From assembly GCA_937934305.1 (NCBI GenBank), contig CALHAG010000021.1, forward strand, positions 34,564 to 58,563: a DNA stretch of 24,000 nucleotides, in the 5' to 3' direction. Shown here in pieces: positions 8,309 through 15,780 of the stretch; position 1 is the first letter of the stretch; each line of letters begins with the position of its first letter. A program made the position numbers and the translations under genes. The notes below the pieces were generated by a model. The model was not told the origin of the DNA and ran no database searches. It worked only from the letters and a program-made list of their open reading frames with translations. Source of the DNA: Candidatus Caldarchaeum subterraneum (lineage in GTDB: Archaea > Thermoproteota > Nitrososphaeria_A > Caldarchaeales > Caldarchaeaceae).

Positions 8309-9538
8309 CTATTGGATGCGGAAAGTCTTCAAAGCCTGCAGCAAAGCGTCTCTGAAGACTTCCAGCTCCTCCTCTGTGTTGTAGATGTAGAAGCTTGCGC
8401 GTGTTGTTGCGGATATTCCGAGGTGTGTGTGGATTGGCATGGCGCAGTGGTGTCCGGCCCTTACGCAGATACCGTGTTTGTCGAGGTAGGTTGCGAGGTC
8501 GTGTGGATGTATGTCGGCGAGGTTGAAGGAGACCAGTCCACATCGGTGAAGCGGGTTTTCCGGGCCATAGATCTTCGCATGCCTAATCTCGGACAATATT
8601 TCCAAAGCCTTTGCGGTCAACCGATGTTCATGCTCCCGCACATTCTCCATACCTATTCCCCTTAGATAATCAATGGCCGCACCTAGCCCAACAGCACCAG
8701 CTATGTTCGGTGTACCCGCCTCAAACTTCCACGGCACATCATTCCACAGACTATGGTCGAGATGGACCTCTTTAATCATCTCGCCCCCACCCTGAAAAGG
8801 CTCCATCTCCTCCAGCAGCTCACGGCGCCCATACAAAACACCGATGCCCGTTGGGCCAAGCATCTTGTGGCCGCTGAAAGCCAACAAGTCGCAGCCCATC
8901 TCCTGCACATTGACAGGCATGTGGGGAACCGACTGAGCCGCGTCAACTATCGCCAAAGCACCATGTTCATGGGCCATGCGGCAGAGCATTTTAGCGTCGT
9001 TTATCGTCCCCAGAACGTTTGAGGCATGGGTGAAGCTGAAGATGTCGGCGTCCTTCAGCTTCTTGTCAGCATCGGATAGGTCGAGATAGCCCTGGTCATC
9101 AAAAGGGATGTACTCTGTTTTGAGGCGGTTGATTTTGGCGATAAGCTGCCAAGGCACGATGTTGCTGTGATGCTCCATCATGGTCAGGACAATTTTTCCC
9201 CCGGGCTTAACCCTGTGCAGCCCGAGGCTGTAGGCTGCTAGGTTAAGCGCCTCGGTTGTGTTTCGGACGAAAACAATTTCCCTGCTACTGCGTGCGCCGA
9301 TAAACTCGGCCACCTTTTTTCTAGCGTTTTCATATGCTTCCGTGGCCTCGACGCTAATCTCATAAACTCCTCGGTGTACGTTGGCGTTCATCTTCCTGTA
9401 AAACTCTGCCACGGCCTCGATTACTTGGACGGGTTTTTGGCTTGTCGCGGTGCTGTCGAGATAGATGAGGTTTTTGTTGTTTTGGAAGATGGGGAAATCT
9501 TGTCTGATGCGGTGGGGGTCGAGACCGGTCGAGGGCAT
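8309..9538 (-). CDS. sufS: Cysteine desulfurase, SufS/CsdA type (class V PLP aminotransferase)
   Basis: 409 aa: IRQDFPIF...IYLDSTATSQKP, NANVHRGVY, HHSNIVPW, the PLP-lysine motif SGHKMLGPTGIGVLYG and the active-site RAGHHCAMP. Confidence 0.93.
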   Translation of the reverse strand: MPSTGLDPHRIRQDFPIFQNNKNLIYLDSTATSQKPVQVIEAVAEFYRKMNANVHRGVYEISVEATEAYENARKKVAEFIGARSSREIVFVRNTTEALNLAAYSLGLHRVKPGGKIVLTMMEHHSNIVPWQLIAKINRLKTEYIPFDDQGYLDLSDADKKLKDADIFSFTHASNVLGTINDAKMLCRMAHEHGALAIVDAAQSVPHMPVNVQEMGCDLLAFSGHKMLGPTGIGVLYGRRELLEEMEPFQGGGEMIKEVHLDHSLWNDVPWKFEAGTPNIAGAVGLGAAIDYLRGIGMENVREHEHRLTAKALEILSEIRHAKIYGPENPLHRCGLVSFNLADIHPHDLATYLDKHGICVRAGHHCAMPIHTHLGISATTRASFYIYNTEEELEVFRDALLQALKTFRIQ

Positions 9539-9579
9539 GATATATCTATTCCTTGGATGGATTTAGCTTCTCGGTTGCA

Positions 9580-11406
9580 TCACGGGCTGTATTTGGGCCG
9601 CTTTGAAAGCTCTAGCGGCAGCGTAAGAGGCCTGAAAGGATAGTCCTTGGTCTCTTTCTGAATCAGTTTGACAAGCGGCTGAAGACGCATCTGCTTGACT
9701 TCTTTCCTTCCTCTGATGCGTAGAGCCAGTGTTCCCTTCTTGGCCTCTTTCGGCCCAAGTGTTGCGACATATGGTATCCAGCTTGTCTCCGCCTCGTAAA
9801 CTTTCTTGGCGAGTGTCTCGGGTCTGTCGTCTACGTCCACACGAATGCCGTATTGTGTGATTTTTTCGGCAAGCTGGACGGCGCGTTTGTTGTATTTCTC
9901 GTTGAGCGGCAATATGCGAAGCTGGGTTGGGCAAAGCCAGGTTGGCAGGGTTGGGGGAGTCTTGCCCAGAGCTGTGTCAACGACCGCGTATAGGTATCTT
10001 TCCACGGTGCCTATCAAAGCCGAATGCAGAATAACTGGATACTTCTTTTCTCCGTCCTTGTCTACGTAGGTGATGCCGAATCTCTCAGCGTTTCCCACAT
10101 CTATCTGCACCGTGCCTATTTCACGTGGTCGTCCAAACTTGTCTATGATGTGGTACTCAATGTTCAGCACCCAGTAGTAGGAGCTGTTTTCTGGGTAGAA
10201 GGACAGTAGGACAGGTTTCCTCTCTCTTTTGAGCAGTTTTTGGAAGAAGCCTCGGTTTTCTTCAAAGAACTTTCTCGAGGTAAGGTTATACAGAGAGTAG
10301 TAGTCGCGGCCGAGTTTTTCGATTTCCCTGTAAATCTTGTCATGTATTTTCTCGACCATCTGGAGGGCTTCTGGGATGTCGCGGCAGAAGACGTGTAGGT
10401 CGGGCATAGACATTTTCCGAAGCCTGAACCCGAGGACAAGCTCTCCCCTTTGCTCCAGCCTGTAGCTGTCAGCGACCTCAAACATTCCAAACGGTAGACT
10501 CCTGTAGCTGATTACCCAGTTTCGCGCCAAAGCAAACTGCTGAAAACATGCCGCGTAACGCATCACATAGGGCCTGCCGTCCACCTCAACCCTGTACATC
10601 CTTTGGCCGAAGAGGCTGGCGTGTTCACGAATGGGTCTGCTCTCGAGGCTGAAGAGGTTCGTGCCTTTGACAAAATAGACTGGGAACCCGAGCTCTCTCA
10701 CGATTTTCGACGCATAGTCTGATATCAGGTCGTAAACGATTGTTCCCTCGGGGCCGTAGTGCATGTGGCCGCTGTCTGATAGCTCCTCCCAGTCGATACC
10801 CAGCCTCTTCAAAACCTTGCCGTGCTCAGGCTCCGACACCTCGTTTAAGCCTTTGCCGAGAGCCTCCTTCTCGACAAGCACAGCTAAGCCATTGGGTAAA
10901 TCGGCCAATGCTTCTTCGGGTTTGAGAAGCTCGCCATCGGGTGTCAAAACCATGTAGCTCTTCTCCACCGAGGTGGTCTGCTTCTGCTGTAGGGTGGCTT
11001 GGCTGAAGACCCTTGAACGCTCCGCGAGTGGATGGCCCTTAATGGATAAGGCGAGGGCTTTGTTCCAGCCGAAAGGAGACCGGTGGACCTCGACACCACG
11101 TTCCTTTGCTATTTTCTCCATCAGAGCAAGAATCTCCACAGCGTGCTCAGGCCTCGCCAACTCGCGGGAGAGATGAGCAAAGGGATAGATAACAAGCCTC
11201 GGAATCTTAAGACGCGTCATAAACTCCACCGCATCAGCCACAGCGGCCTCGGCAACACGTTCATCATCCTCGGGCTCGACAGAGGTCAGCAACACATAAG
11301 CATCCTCAATCCTCACAGGCTCAGGCGAAGCCTCCTCCACAACCGTCGACTCCTTCTTCACGGGACGATACTCGACAAAATCCACATGCAGACCCAGAAT
11401 CCTCAA
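9580..11406 (-). CDS. thrS: Threonyl-tRNA synthetase, archaeal type with N-terminal DTD-like editing domain
   Basis: 608 aa, TTG start. The N-terminus MRILGLHVDFVEYRPV...VIYPFAHLS.ELA...PFGWNKALALSIKGHPLAE is the archaeal ThrRS editing domain. It is followed by the class II core (RYAACFQQF, FEVADSYRLEQRGEL, MSMPDLHVF, HSALIGTVER) and an anticodon-binding domain. Confidence 0.95.
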   Translation of the reverse strand: MRILGLHVDFVEYRPVKKESTVVEEASPEPVRIEDAYVLLTSVEPEDDERVAEAAVADAVEFMTRLKIPRLVIYPFAHLSRELARPEHAVEILALMEKIAKERGVEVHRSPFGWNKALALSIKGHPLAERSRVFSQATLQQKQTTSVEKSYMVLTPDGELLKPEEALADLPNGLAVLVEKEALGKGLNEVSEPEHGKVLKRLGIDWEELSDSGHMHYGPEGTIVYDLISDYASKIVRELGFPVYFVKGTNLFSLESRPIREHASLFGQRMYRVEVDGRPYVMRYAACFQQFALARNWVISYRSLPFGMFEVADSYRLEQRGELVLGFRLRKMSMPDLHVFCRDIPEALQMVEKIHDKIYREIEKLGRDYYSLYNLTSRKFFEENRGFFQKLLKRERKPVLLSFYPENSSYYWVLNIEYHIIDKFGRPREIGTVQIDVGNAERFGITYVDKDGEKKYPVILHSALIGTVERYLYAVVDTALGKTPPTLPTWLCPTQLRILPLNEKYNKRAVQLAEKITQYGIRVDVDDRPETLAKKVYEAETSWIPYVATLGPKEAKKGTLALRIRGRKEVKQMRLQPLVKLIQKETKDYPFRPLTLPLELSKRPKYSP

Positions 11407-11432
11407 GCCCAGCTAGACTCGCGAACTCACCG

Positions 11433-11440
11433 TATTTAAA
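11433..11440 (-). promoter_or_regulatory. TATA-box-like element upstream of thrS
   Basis: TATTTAAA (TTTAAATA on the minus strand), centred about 31 nt upstream of the thrS TTG at 11406, in the 108-nt divergent spacer. Confidence 0.35.
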
Positions 11441-11514
11441 CCAGCCTGCCAACGGAACATGTATTTCCGCGAGACATAACAACACTTAAGAGCCTCCGCC
11501 CAGCCTATGGTGTT

Positions 11515-11997
11515 ATGGGTAAGCAGGGTAAAGCGGTAGTGAAGGCCCCTATCGATGAGGTCGTATCCGACCTTCTCAAAGCCTATGCCGATGAGTGGCT
11601 TGCACATTACCAGTACTGGGTAGCCGCGGTGAGTTTGAAGGGCGTCGACGCCGACACGTTCAGGCCGGTTTTGATGAAGATGTCCCAGCACGAGCTCAAA
11701 CACGCCGAGAAACTGGCTAAGAGAATAATCCAGCTGGGGGGAAAACCTGTCCTCCATTTTGAAAAACTATTGGCCACAAGCGGATGCGGCTACATTCCTC
11801 CACCCGAAGACCCAACCAACTACGAGCAGTTGATAAAGGACATTTTGAAGGCGGAAGCATGCGCCATCAAATTCTACAGCGAAATGGTTGAGAAATATCG
11901 TGTGACCGATGTTGTAACCCATGAGCTTTTCGAGGAGCTTCTCGAGGACGAGGTTGAGGATGAGCAGATTTGGGAAGATTTTCTCGCCAAGCTCTAA
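11515..11997 (+). CDS. Dps-like (DPSL) ferritin-superfamily protein
   Basis: 160-aa four-helix-bundle pattern with di-iron ligand-like motifs (DEWLAHY, QHELKHAEKL, KAEACAIKFY, EDEVEDE). It has the two cysteines (SGCGYIPPPED and EACAI) that I recall as characteristic of archaeal DPSL proteins such as Sulfolobus SsDPSL. Confidence 0.75.
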   Translation: MGKQGKAVVKAPIDEVVSDLLKAYADEWLAHYQYWVAAVSLKGVDADTFRPVLMKMSQHELKHAEKLAKRIIQLGGKPVLHFEKLLATSGCGYIPPPEDPTNYEQLIKDILKAEACAIKFYSEMVEKYRVTDVVTHELFEELLEDEVEDEQIWEDFLAKL

Positions 11998-12041
11998 CCT
12001 AAATAAGCTGCCTATTCATAGAGAAGGTTGAAGGCAATGGT

Positions 12042-13280
12042 TTGAAGGTTGCGCTTGTGCAGAGGCTTGACGACTGGGCAGAATACAACTTGGATGAGCT
12101 GGAGGAGTTGTGCAGGTCCGCGGGCTACACGCCCGTCTATAAGCTGGTTCAAAGGAGACCTCCGCACAGCAAATACATGATTGGCCCCGGTAAGGTTGAG
12201 GAGCTGCGGCGCGCTGTCAAGTCTCTCAAAATTGAGAAAATTGTTACGGAAAATGAGCTGAAGCCTGTCCAGGAGTACAACCTCGCCAAAGCCCTCTCGA
12301 TACCTGTGATTACGAGGACGCAGCTCATCCTCGAAACCTTCGCACGCCGAGCCGCCTCAACCGAGGCGAAGCTCCAGATCAAGCTGGCTGAGCTTCAGTA
12401 CGAGTTGTCGAGGGCTAAGGAGAAGGTGCGACTCGCGAAGAAGGGTGAGCAGCCGGGTTTCCACGGACTGGGAGCATATGAGGCCGATGTCTACTACAAC
12501 GAGGTTTTCAGACGAATATCAACCATCAAGCAGAAGCTTAAGCAGATTAGGATGAGGAAGAACCTTGTGAGGCAGAGGAGGTTGGAGGGAGGGCTTCCAA
12601 CCGTGGCGTTAACGGGTTACACAAACGCTGGCAAAACAACGCTGTTCAACAGGTTTTCCGGGGAAGAGCATCCAGCGGGCCCCCAGCTCTTCACCACATT
12701 ATCGACAACCGCGCGGATAGTGAAGTTCAGAGGAAGAAAAGCCTACTTAAGCGACACAGTAGGTTTCATCAAAAACCTGCCACACCTACTGGTTGAATCC
12801 TTCCACTCCACGCTAAGCGAGTTCATCTACGCCGACCTCCTGCTACTCGTCGTGGACATCAGCGAGGAAAAGTCCGTGGTCGAGTCAAAGCTAAACACCT
12901 GTTTAAACGTGCTCGACGAAGTGGGTGTGAAGAACGTGCCTATACTGGTTGTGTTCAACAAGATAGACGCCGCGAGCGATTACCAAGAAAAAATTGAGAG
13001 CATAAACCCCGAGTTTCGCTACGTCGCCGTGTCCGCTTGGACTGGGCAGGGGCTTGACACACTGGAGGAATCTGTGGCGGACATGATGGGAGGCTACATA
13101 CGTGTAAGAGCCCAGCTGGAGAATGGGCAAACAACACCATCACTGCTCAACGAGATTAAACAGTTCTGCAACATTTTGAAGATTGAGTACAACAGCTCCG
13201 GCTATGAAATCGAGTGCGAAACACCTCTTCAGCTTGCCGAGAAGATTAAGAGGCTGGCGGCTGAGTTTCATGTCGTTTGA
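12042..13280 (+). CDS. hflX: GTPase HflX
   Basis: 412 aa, TTG start. The HflX N-terminal domain has GPGKVEEL and the coiled LQYELSR. G motifs are GYTNAGKTTLFN (G1), FTTL (G2), DTVGFI..LP..LVESFHSTL (G3) and FNKID (G4). Confidence 0.92.
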   Translation: MKVALVQRLDDWAEYNLDELEELCRSAGYTPVYKLVQRRPPHSKYMIGPGKVEELRRAVKSLKIEKIVTENELKPVQEYNLAKALSIPVITRTQLILETFARRAASTEAKLQIKLAELQYELSRAKEKVRLAKKGEQPGFHGLGAYEADVYYNEVFRRISTIKQKLKQIRMRKNLVRQRRLEGGLPTVALTGYTNAGKTTLFNRFSGEEHPAGPQLFTTLSTTARIVKFRGRKAYLSDTVGFIKNLPHLLVESFHSTLSEFIYADLLLLVVDISEEKSVVESKLNTCLNVLDEVGVKNVPILVVFNKIDAASDYQEKIESINPEFRYVAVSAWTGQGLDTLEESVADMMGGYIRVRAQLENGQTTPSLLNEIKQFCNILKIEYNSSGYEIECETPLQLAEKIKRLAAEFHVV

Positions 13281-13734
13281 AGAGTTTCTGTTGCGTCAGG
13301 TTAGGCAGCTGGCGTTTTTCCAGTTTGGTGTAGCTGGTGAGCTGTTTTTCCCCGATGGATGCGTAGTGGAGGTTTCGCCTTCAACAGGTAGGCCTCGGCG
13401 AATCTGGCTAGACGGCAAATGCATAGCAACCATAAGGGCCATGGATGGGTGGCTGACGCTAACAGTTTCCGGCGCTCAGCGGTTGAATGCACTTCTCGAG
13501 AAGGGCGGGAACAGGGTTGTGGTCGGCCGCGAAGGCGCTGAAAAAGTGGCCGCGGGCTACGACGTCTCAGCTGAACACGTGGTCGAAGCCGATGCATCAA
13601 TTGTGCCGGGCATGGAGGTGCTTGTGGTTGACGAGGATAATCGGCTTATCGGGGTTGGCAAAGCTGTGGTCGCGGGAGTTGAGATGGCTGAGCTTCGCCG
13701 TGGAGCGGTTGTGAAGGTTAGGCATAAGGTTTAA
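13270..13734 (+). CDS. PUA-domain RNA-binding protein resembling the C-terminal C2+PUA module of archaeosine tRNA-guanine transglycosylase
   Basis: Track ORF 13183..13734. The upstream 29 codons lie inside hflX, so ATG 13270 (MSFEEFLLRQVRQLAFFQFG) is preferred. It overlaps the hflX stop by 11 nt. LRQVR..A.FQFG.GAGE.LFP...IATIRAMDGWLTLTVSGAQRL then VVEADASIVPGMEVLVVDEDNRLIGVGKAVV.G.EM...RGAVVKVRH is a typical PUA. Confidence 0.65.
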   Translation: MSFEEFLLRQVRQLAFFQFGVAGELFFPDGCVVEVSPSTGRPRRIWLDGKCIATIRAMDGWLTLTVSGAQRLNALLEKGGNRVVVGREGAEKVAAGYDVSAEHVVEADASIVPGMEVLVVDEDNRLIGVGKAVVAGVEMAELRRGAVVKVRHKV

Positions 13735-13761
13735 ACCTGGTTCAGCGGGGGATATGCTGCT

Positions 13762-14130
13762 TTGAAAAGGCTCAGTCCCCGTGAGATGAGACGTGCACAG
13801 GAGAGAATGTTGAAAAGCCTCGGCCTCAACGTGGAGGAAATGGGACAGGCCGAGGAGGTTGTAATCAAGCTGGGTGAGCGTGTGATTACGCTGAAGGGGC
13901 CGCTGGTCTACGCCGTGAAAACAGGCGGCGAGAAAATTTTTCAGATAATAGGCGGGGAGGAGGTGGCGGCGCAGGCTGAGGAGACGAAGCCCGTTTACGA
14001 GCCGACGGAGGAAGATGTTTCGCTGGTGATGGCTCAGACAGGCGTGTCAGAGGAGGAGGCGAAGAAAGCGCTTCTCGACTCGGGAGGAGACCTAGCCAAA
14101 GCCATTCTACTACTCCGCTCAAGAAGATAA
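13762..14130 (+). CDS. nac: Nascent polypeptide-associated complex protein (archaeal NAC; NAC + UBA domains)
   Basis: 122 aa, TTG start. NAC domain: MLKSLGLNVEEMGQAEEVVIKLGERVITLKGPLVYAVKTGGEKIFQIIG. C-terminal UBA: EEDVSLVMAQTGVSEEEAKKALLDSGGDLAKAILLL. Confidence 0.9.
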   Translation: MKRLSPREMRRAQERMLKSLGLNVEEMGQAEEVVIKLGERVITLKGPLVYAVKTGGEKIFQIIGGEEVAAQAEETKPVYEPTEEDVSLVMAQTGVSEEEAKKALLDSGGDLAKAILLLRSRR

Positions 14131-15726
14131 GACGACAAGCGGACGCAGGTCCAGCAAATCCTCAGCCATTTTAAAATCCATTTTTGCGACCAGCCCACCT
14201 GTGAAAAACCGAGCCAGCTCACGGACTTCACGTGACGAAGACGAGGCAACGTCAAAGGAATATGGCGCATCGCCGGTTATCCGCTCAACCTCACGCACAC
14301 CAAGAGACAATTCGTCAAGCCTCTTCATCCTTTCAGCCGCTCTCCTACTTGCCCTGCTTCCCAGAAGAACCACAACATCCTCGTCCACGCCGCTACATTC
14401 CTGAGCAACCTTCTTCACCAGCTCAACCCTGCCAAAGCCCTGCTTGGCAACAAGCTGCTCAACACCCACAGGAGACAAAACGCATGAACCCTCTTCCCCG
14501 GGCCAGAAACGTTGAAGAAACCGTTTTTTAGCGGAGAATGCGGCGGCAACAATTTCTACAGTCTCCCGCAAAATGTCCCAGAATTTTCTCTCAGAACCCC
14601 CGCACTTGAGGAAGAGATTCACCATGTTGATGGAGGCCTTTGCGGAGATAATCCCCGCCTCGCCAAATGGATGCCCCTCCGAGGAAACTACTCCGTGAGC
14701 CAAAACAAGCAAAACATCACCGGCCAACCTTGCGACGCTTTTGTCAAAAGGCAGAGTAGCGCTAATTCGCGCCTCAGCCAACCGGTTATACATGTTCCCC
14801 CGCGGCTCAGAGTAGAAAACAGATAGCCTTCTCCCAAACACCTGAACAGAGTCAAACAAAAGCATCAACATGTTTTCATCTATGTCAGGGTCCCGCAAAA
14901 CAACCTCAGCCTCAACACCACCAACCTCGCAGAGAACAGTTCTCAACATATCCGGCGTGTATAGACGCGAATAGACACTAAACCCCCACGTTTCCAAGCC
15001 CTCGAAATCAACCGCGCCAACCAAGTAAAGTCGAGCGGCCTCACTCGGCAGAATTTTGTGAAAAACATATTCCCTGAAAACCGCTCCAGAGGCCGTGGTC
15101 ATCAAAGACATAAAATTTCTCTGACGATGGTTCTCGCTAAGCAGCTTATCCACATCAGCAATAGGCATCCCCAGCCTAGCCAGCTTATTCCTATGCTCCA
15201 TCAACCCATGCTCGACAAGTAACGCGTTGACCATCTCACGTATCAGGGGAGCGGAGAGCTCACCAAGCTTAAGCTCCTCAAGTTTTTCTTCAAACAATTT
15301 AACAATCTTATCCGCGGTTTTCGGAGGCATAGAAGCCTCCTCAACAAGGACTCTCGTAATCTTGTTTCTGTCAAAATCTTCGAGAACCATGTCCGACCTC
15401 CTAACCTTTATCCTCTGCGAGATGCTTGACCTTATCTCGCTCAGGATTTTCAGAACCTGCACACCCTTCGTAGTCAACTCATAATTTTTGGTCTGACGGT
15501 TGAGTGTTATCAAGCCCGCTGCATAGAGCATCTTTAGATGATGTGCAAACTTTCCAGCGTCGCTTTTCTTATTCATTCCAAGGACATGCATCAACTCCGT
15601 GTAATTCAGCGGGCTTTTCTCCAGCTTTCTGAGGATGCTAAGCCTGTTAGGTGAAGCCAGTGATTTGAAGATTTTAGCGTCATCGATTGCTTCGCTCATC
15701 TCGGAGACAGAAGAATCTGTCTGCAC
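14119..15726 (-). CDS. ArsR-type wHTH + ATP-cone + degenerate class III ribonucleotide reductase (NrdD)-like domain protein; putative nucleotide-responsive regulator
   Basis: 535 aa from GTG 15726 (alternative ATG at 15699). Residues 15-95: IFKSLASPNRLSILRKL...NYTELMHVLGM...GKFAHHLKMLYAAGLI is an ArsR/HTH_20 pattern. Residues 106-186: IKVRRSDMVLEDFDRNKITRVLVEEA...ADKIVKLFEEKLEEL...LSAPLIREMVNALLVEHGL...LARLG is an ATP-cone pattern. Residues 195 onward: NFMSLMTTASGAVFREYVFHKILPSEAARLYLVGAVDFEGLE and IISAKASINMVNLF resemble NrdD blocks, but there is no CxxC zinc site and no C-terminal glycyl-radical motif. Confidence 0.7.
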   Translation of the reverse strand: MQTDSSVSEMSEAIDDAKIFKSLASPNRLSILRKLEKSPLNYTELMHVLGMNKKSDAGKFAHHLKMLYAAGLITLNRQTKNYELTTKGVQVLKILSEIRSSISQRIKVRRSDMVLEDFDRNKITRVLVEEASMPPKTADKIVKLFEEKLEELKLGELSAPLIREMVNALLVEHGLMEHRNKLARLGMPIADVDKLLSENHRQRNFMSLMTTASGAVFREYVFHKILPSEAARLYLVGAVDFEGLETWGFSVYSRLYTPDMLRTVLCEVGGVEAEVVLRDPDIDENMLMLLFDSVQVFGRRLSVFYSEPRGNMYNRLAEARISATLPFDKSVARLAGDVLLVLAHGVVSSEGHPFGEAGIISAKASINMVNLFLKCGGSERKFWDILRETVEIVAAAFSAKKRFLQRFWPGEEGSCVLSPVGVEQLVAKQGFGRVELVKKVAQECSGVDEDVVVLLGSRASRRAAERMKRLDELSLGVREVERITGDAPYSFDVASSSSREVRELARFFTGGLVAKMDFKMAEDLLDLRPLVVLSS

Positions 15727-15750
15727 CTGCTTATTGCCTTATCGTTTCAA

Positions 15751-15759
15751 GTTAAAATC
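15751..15759. promoter_or_regulatory. Single AT-rich TATA-like element in the divergent spacer between the wHTH/ATP-cone gene and argF
   Basis: GTTAAAATC is the only strongly AT-rich element in the 54-nt spacer. It lies about 25-30 nt from both GTG 15726 (-) and GTG 15781 (+). Confidence 0.3.
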
Positions 15760-15780
15760 AGACTCTGCAGCGATGAGGGT

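Noticed and set aside
11413-11757. 114-aa minus-strand ORF across the thrS-DPSL spacer and the DPSL 5' half
   Set aside because: It is antisense to the ferritin-fold gene and would run through the putative thrS promoter. It has no motifs and is a shadow ORF.
12020-12050. Near-direct repeat GGTTGAAGG / GGTTTGAAGG just upstream of and overlapping the hflX TTG start
   Set aside because: It is very short, 9-10 nt. The first copy opens only a 5-codon ORF (TTG AAG GCA ATG GTT TGA). It is likely chance or an SD-like purine-rich context, and the evidence for a regulatory repeat is insufficient.
13183-13269. 5' extension of the PUA-protein ORF into hflX
   Set aside because: The extension overlaps the hflX C-terminal coding region in another frame, and its peptide (MSTTAPAMKSSAKHLFSLPRRLRGWRLSF) looks non-native. 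The ATG at 13270 gives an N-terminus that fits the C2/PUA family.
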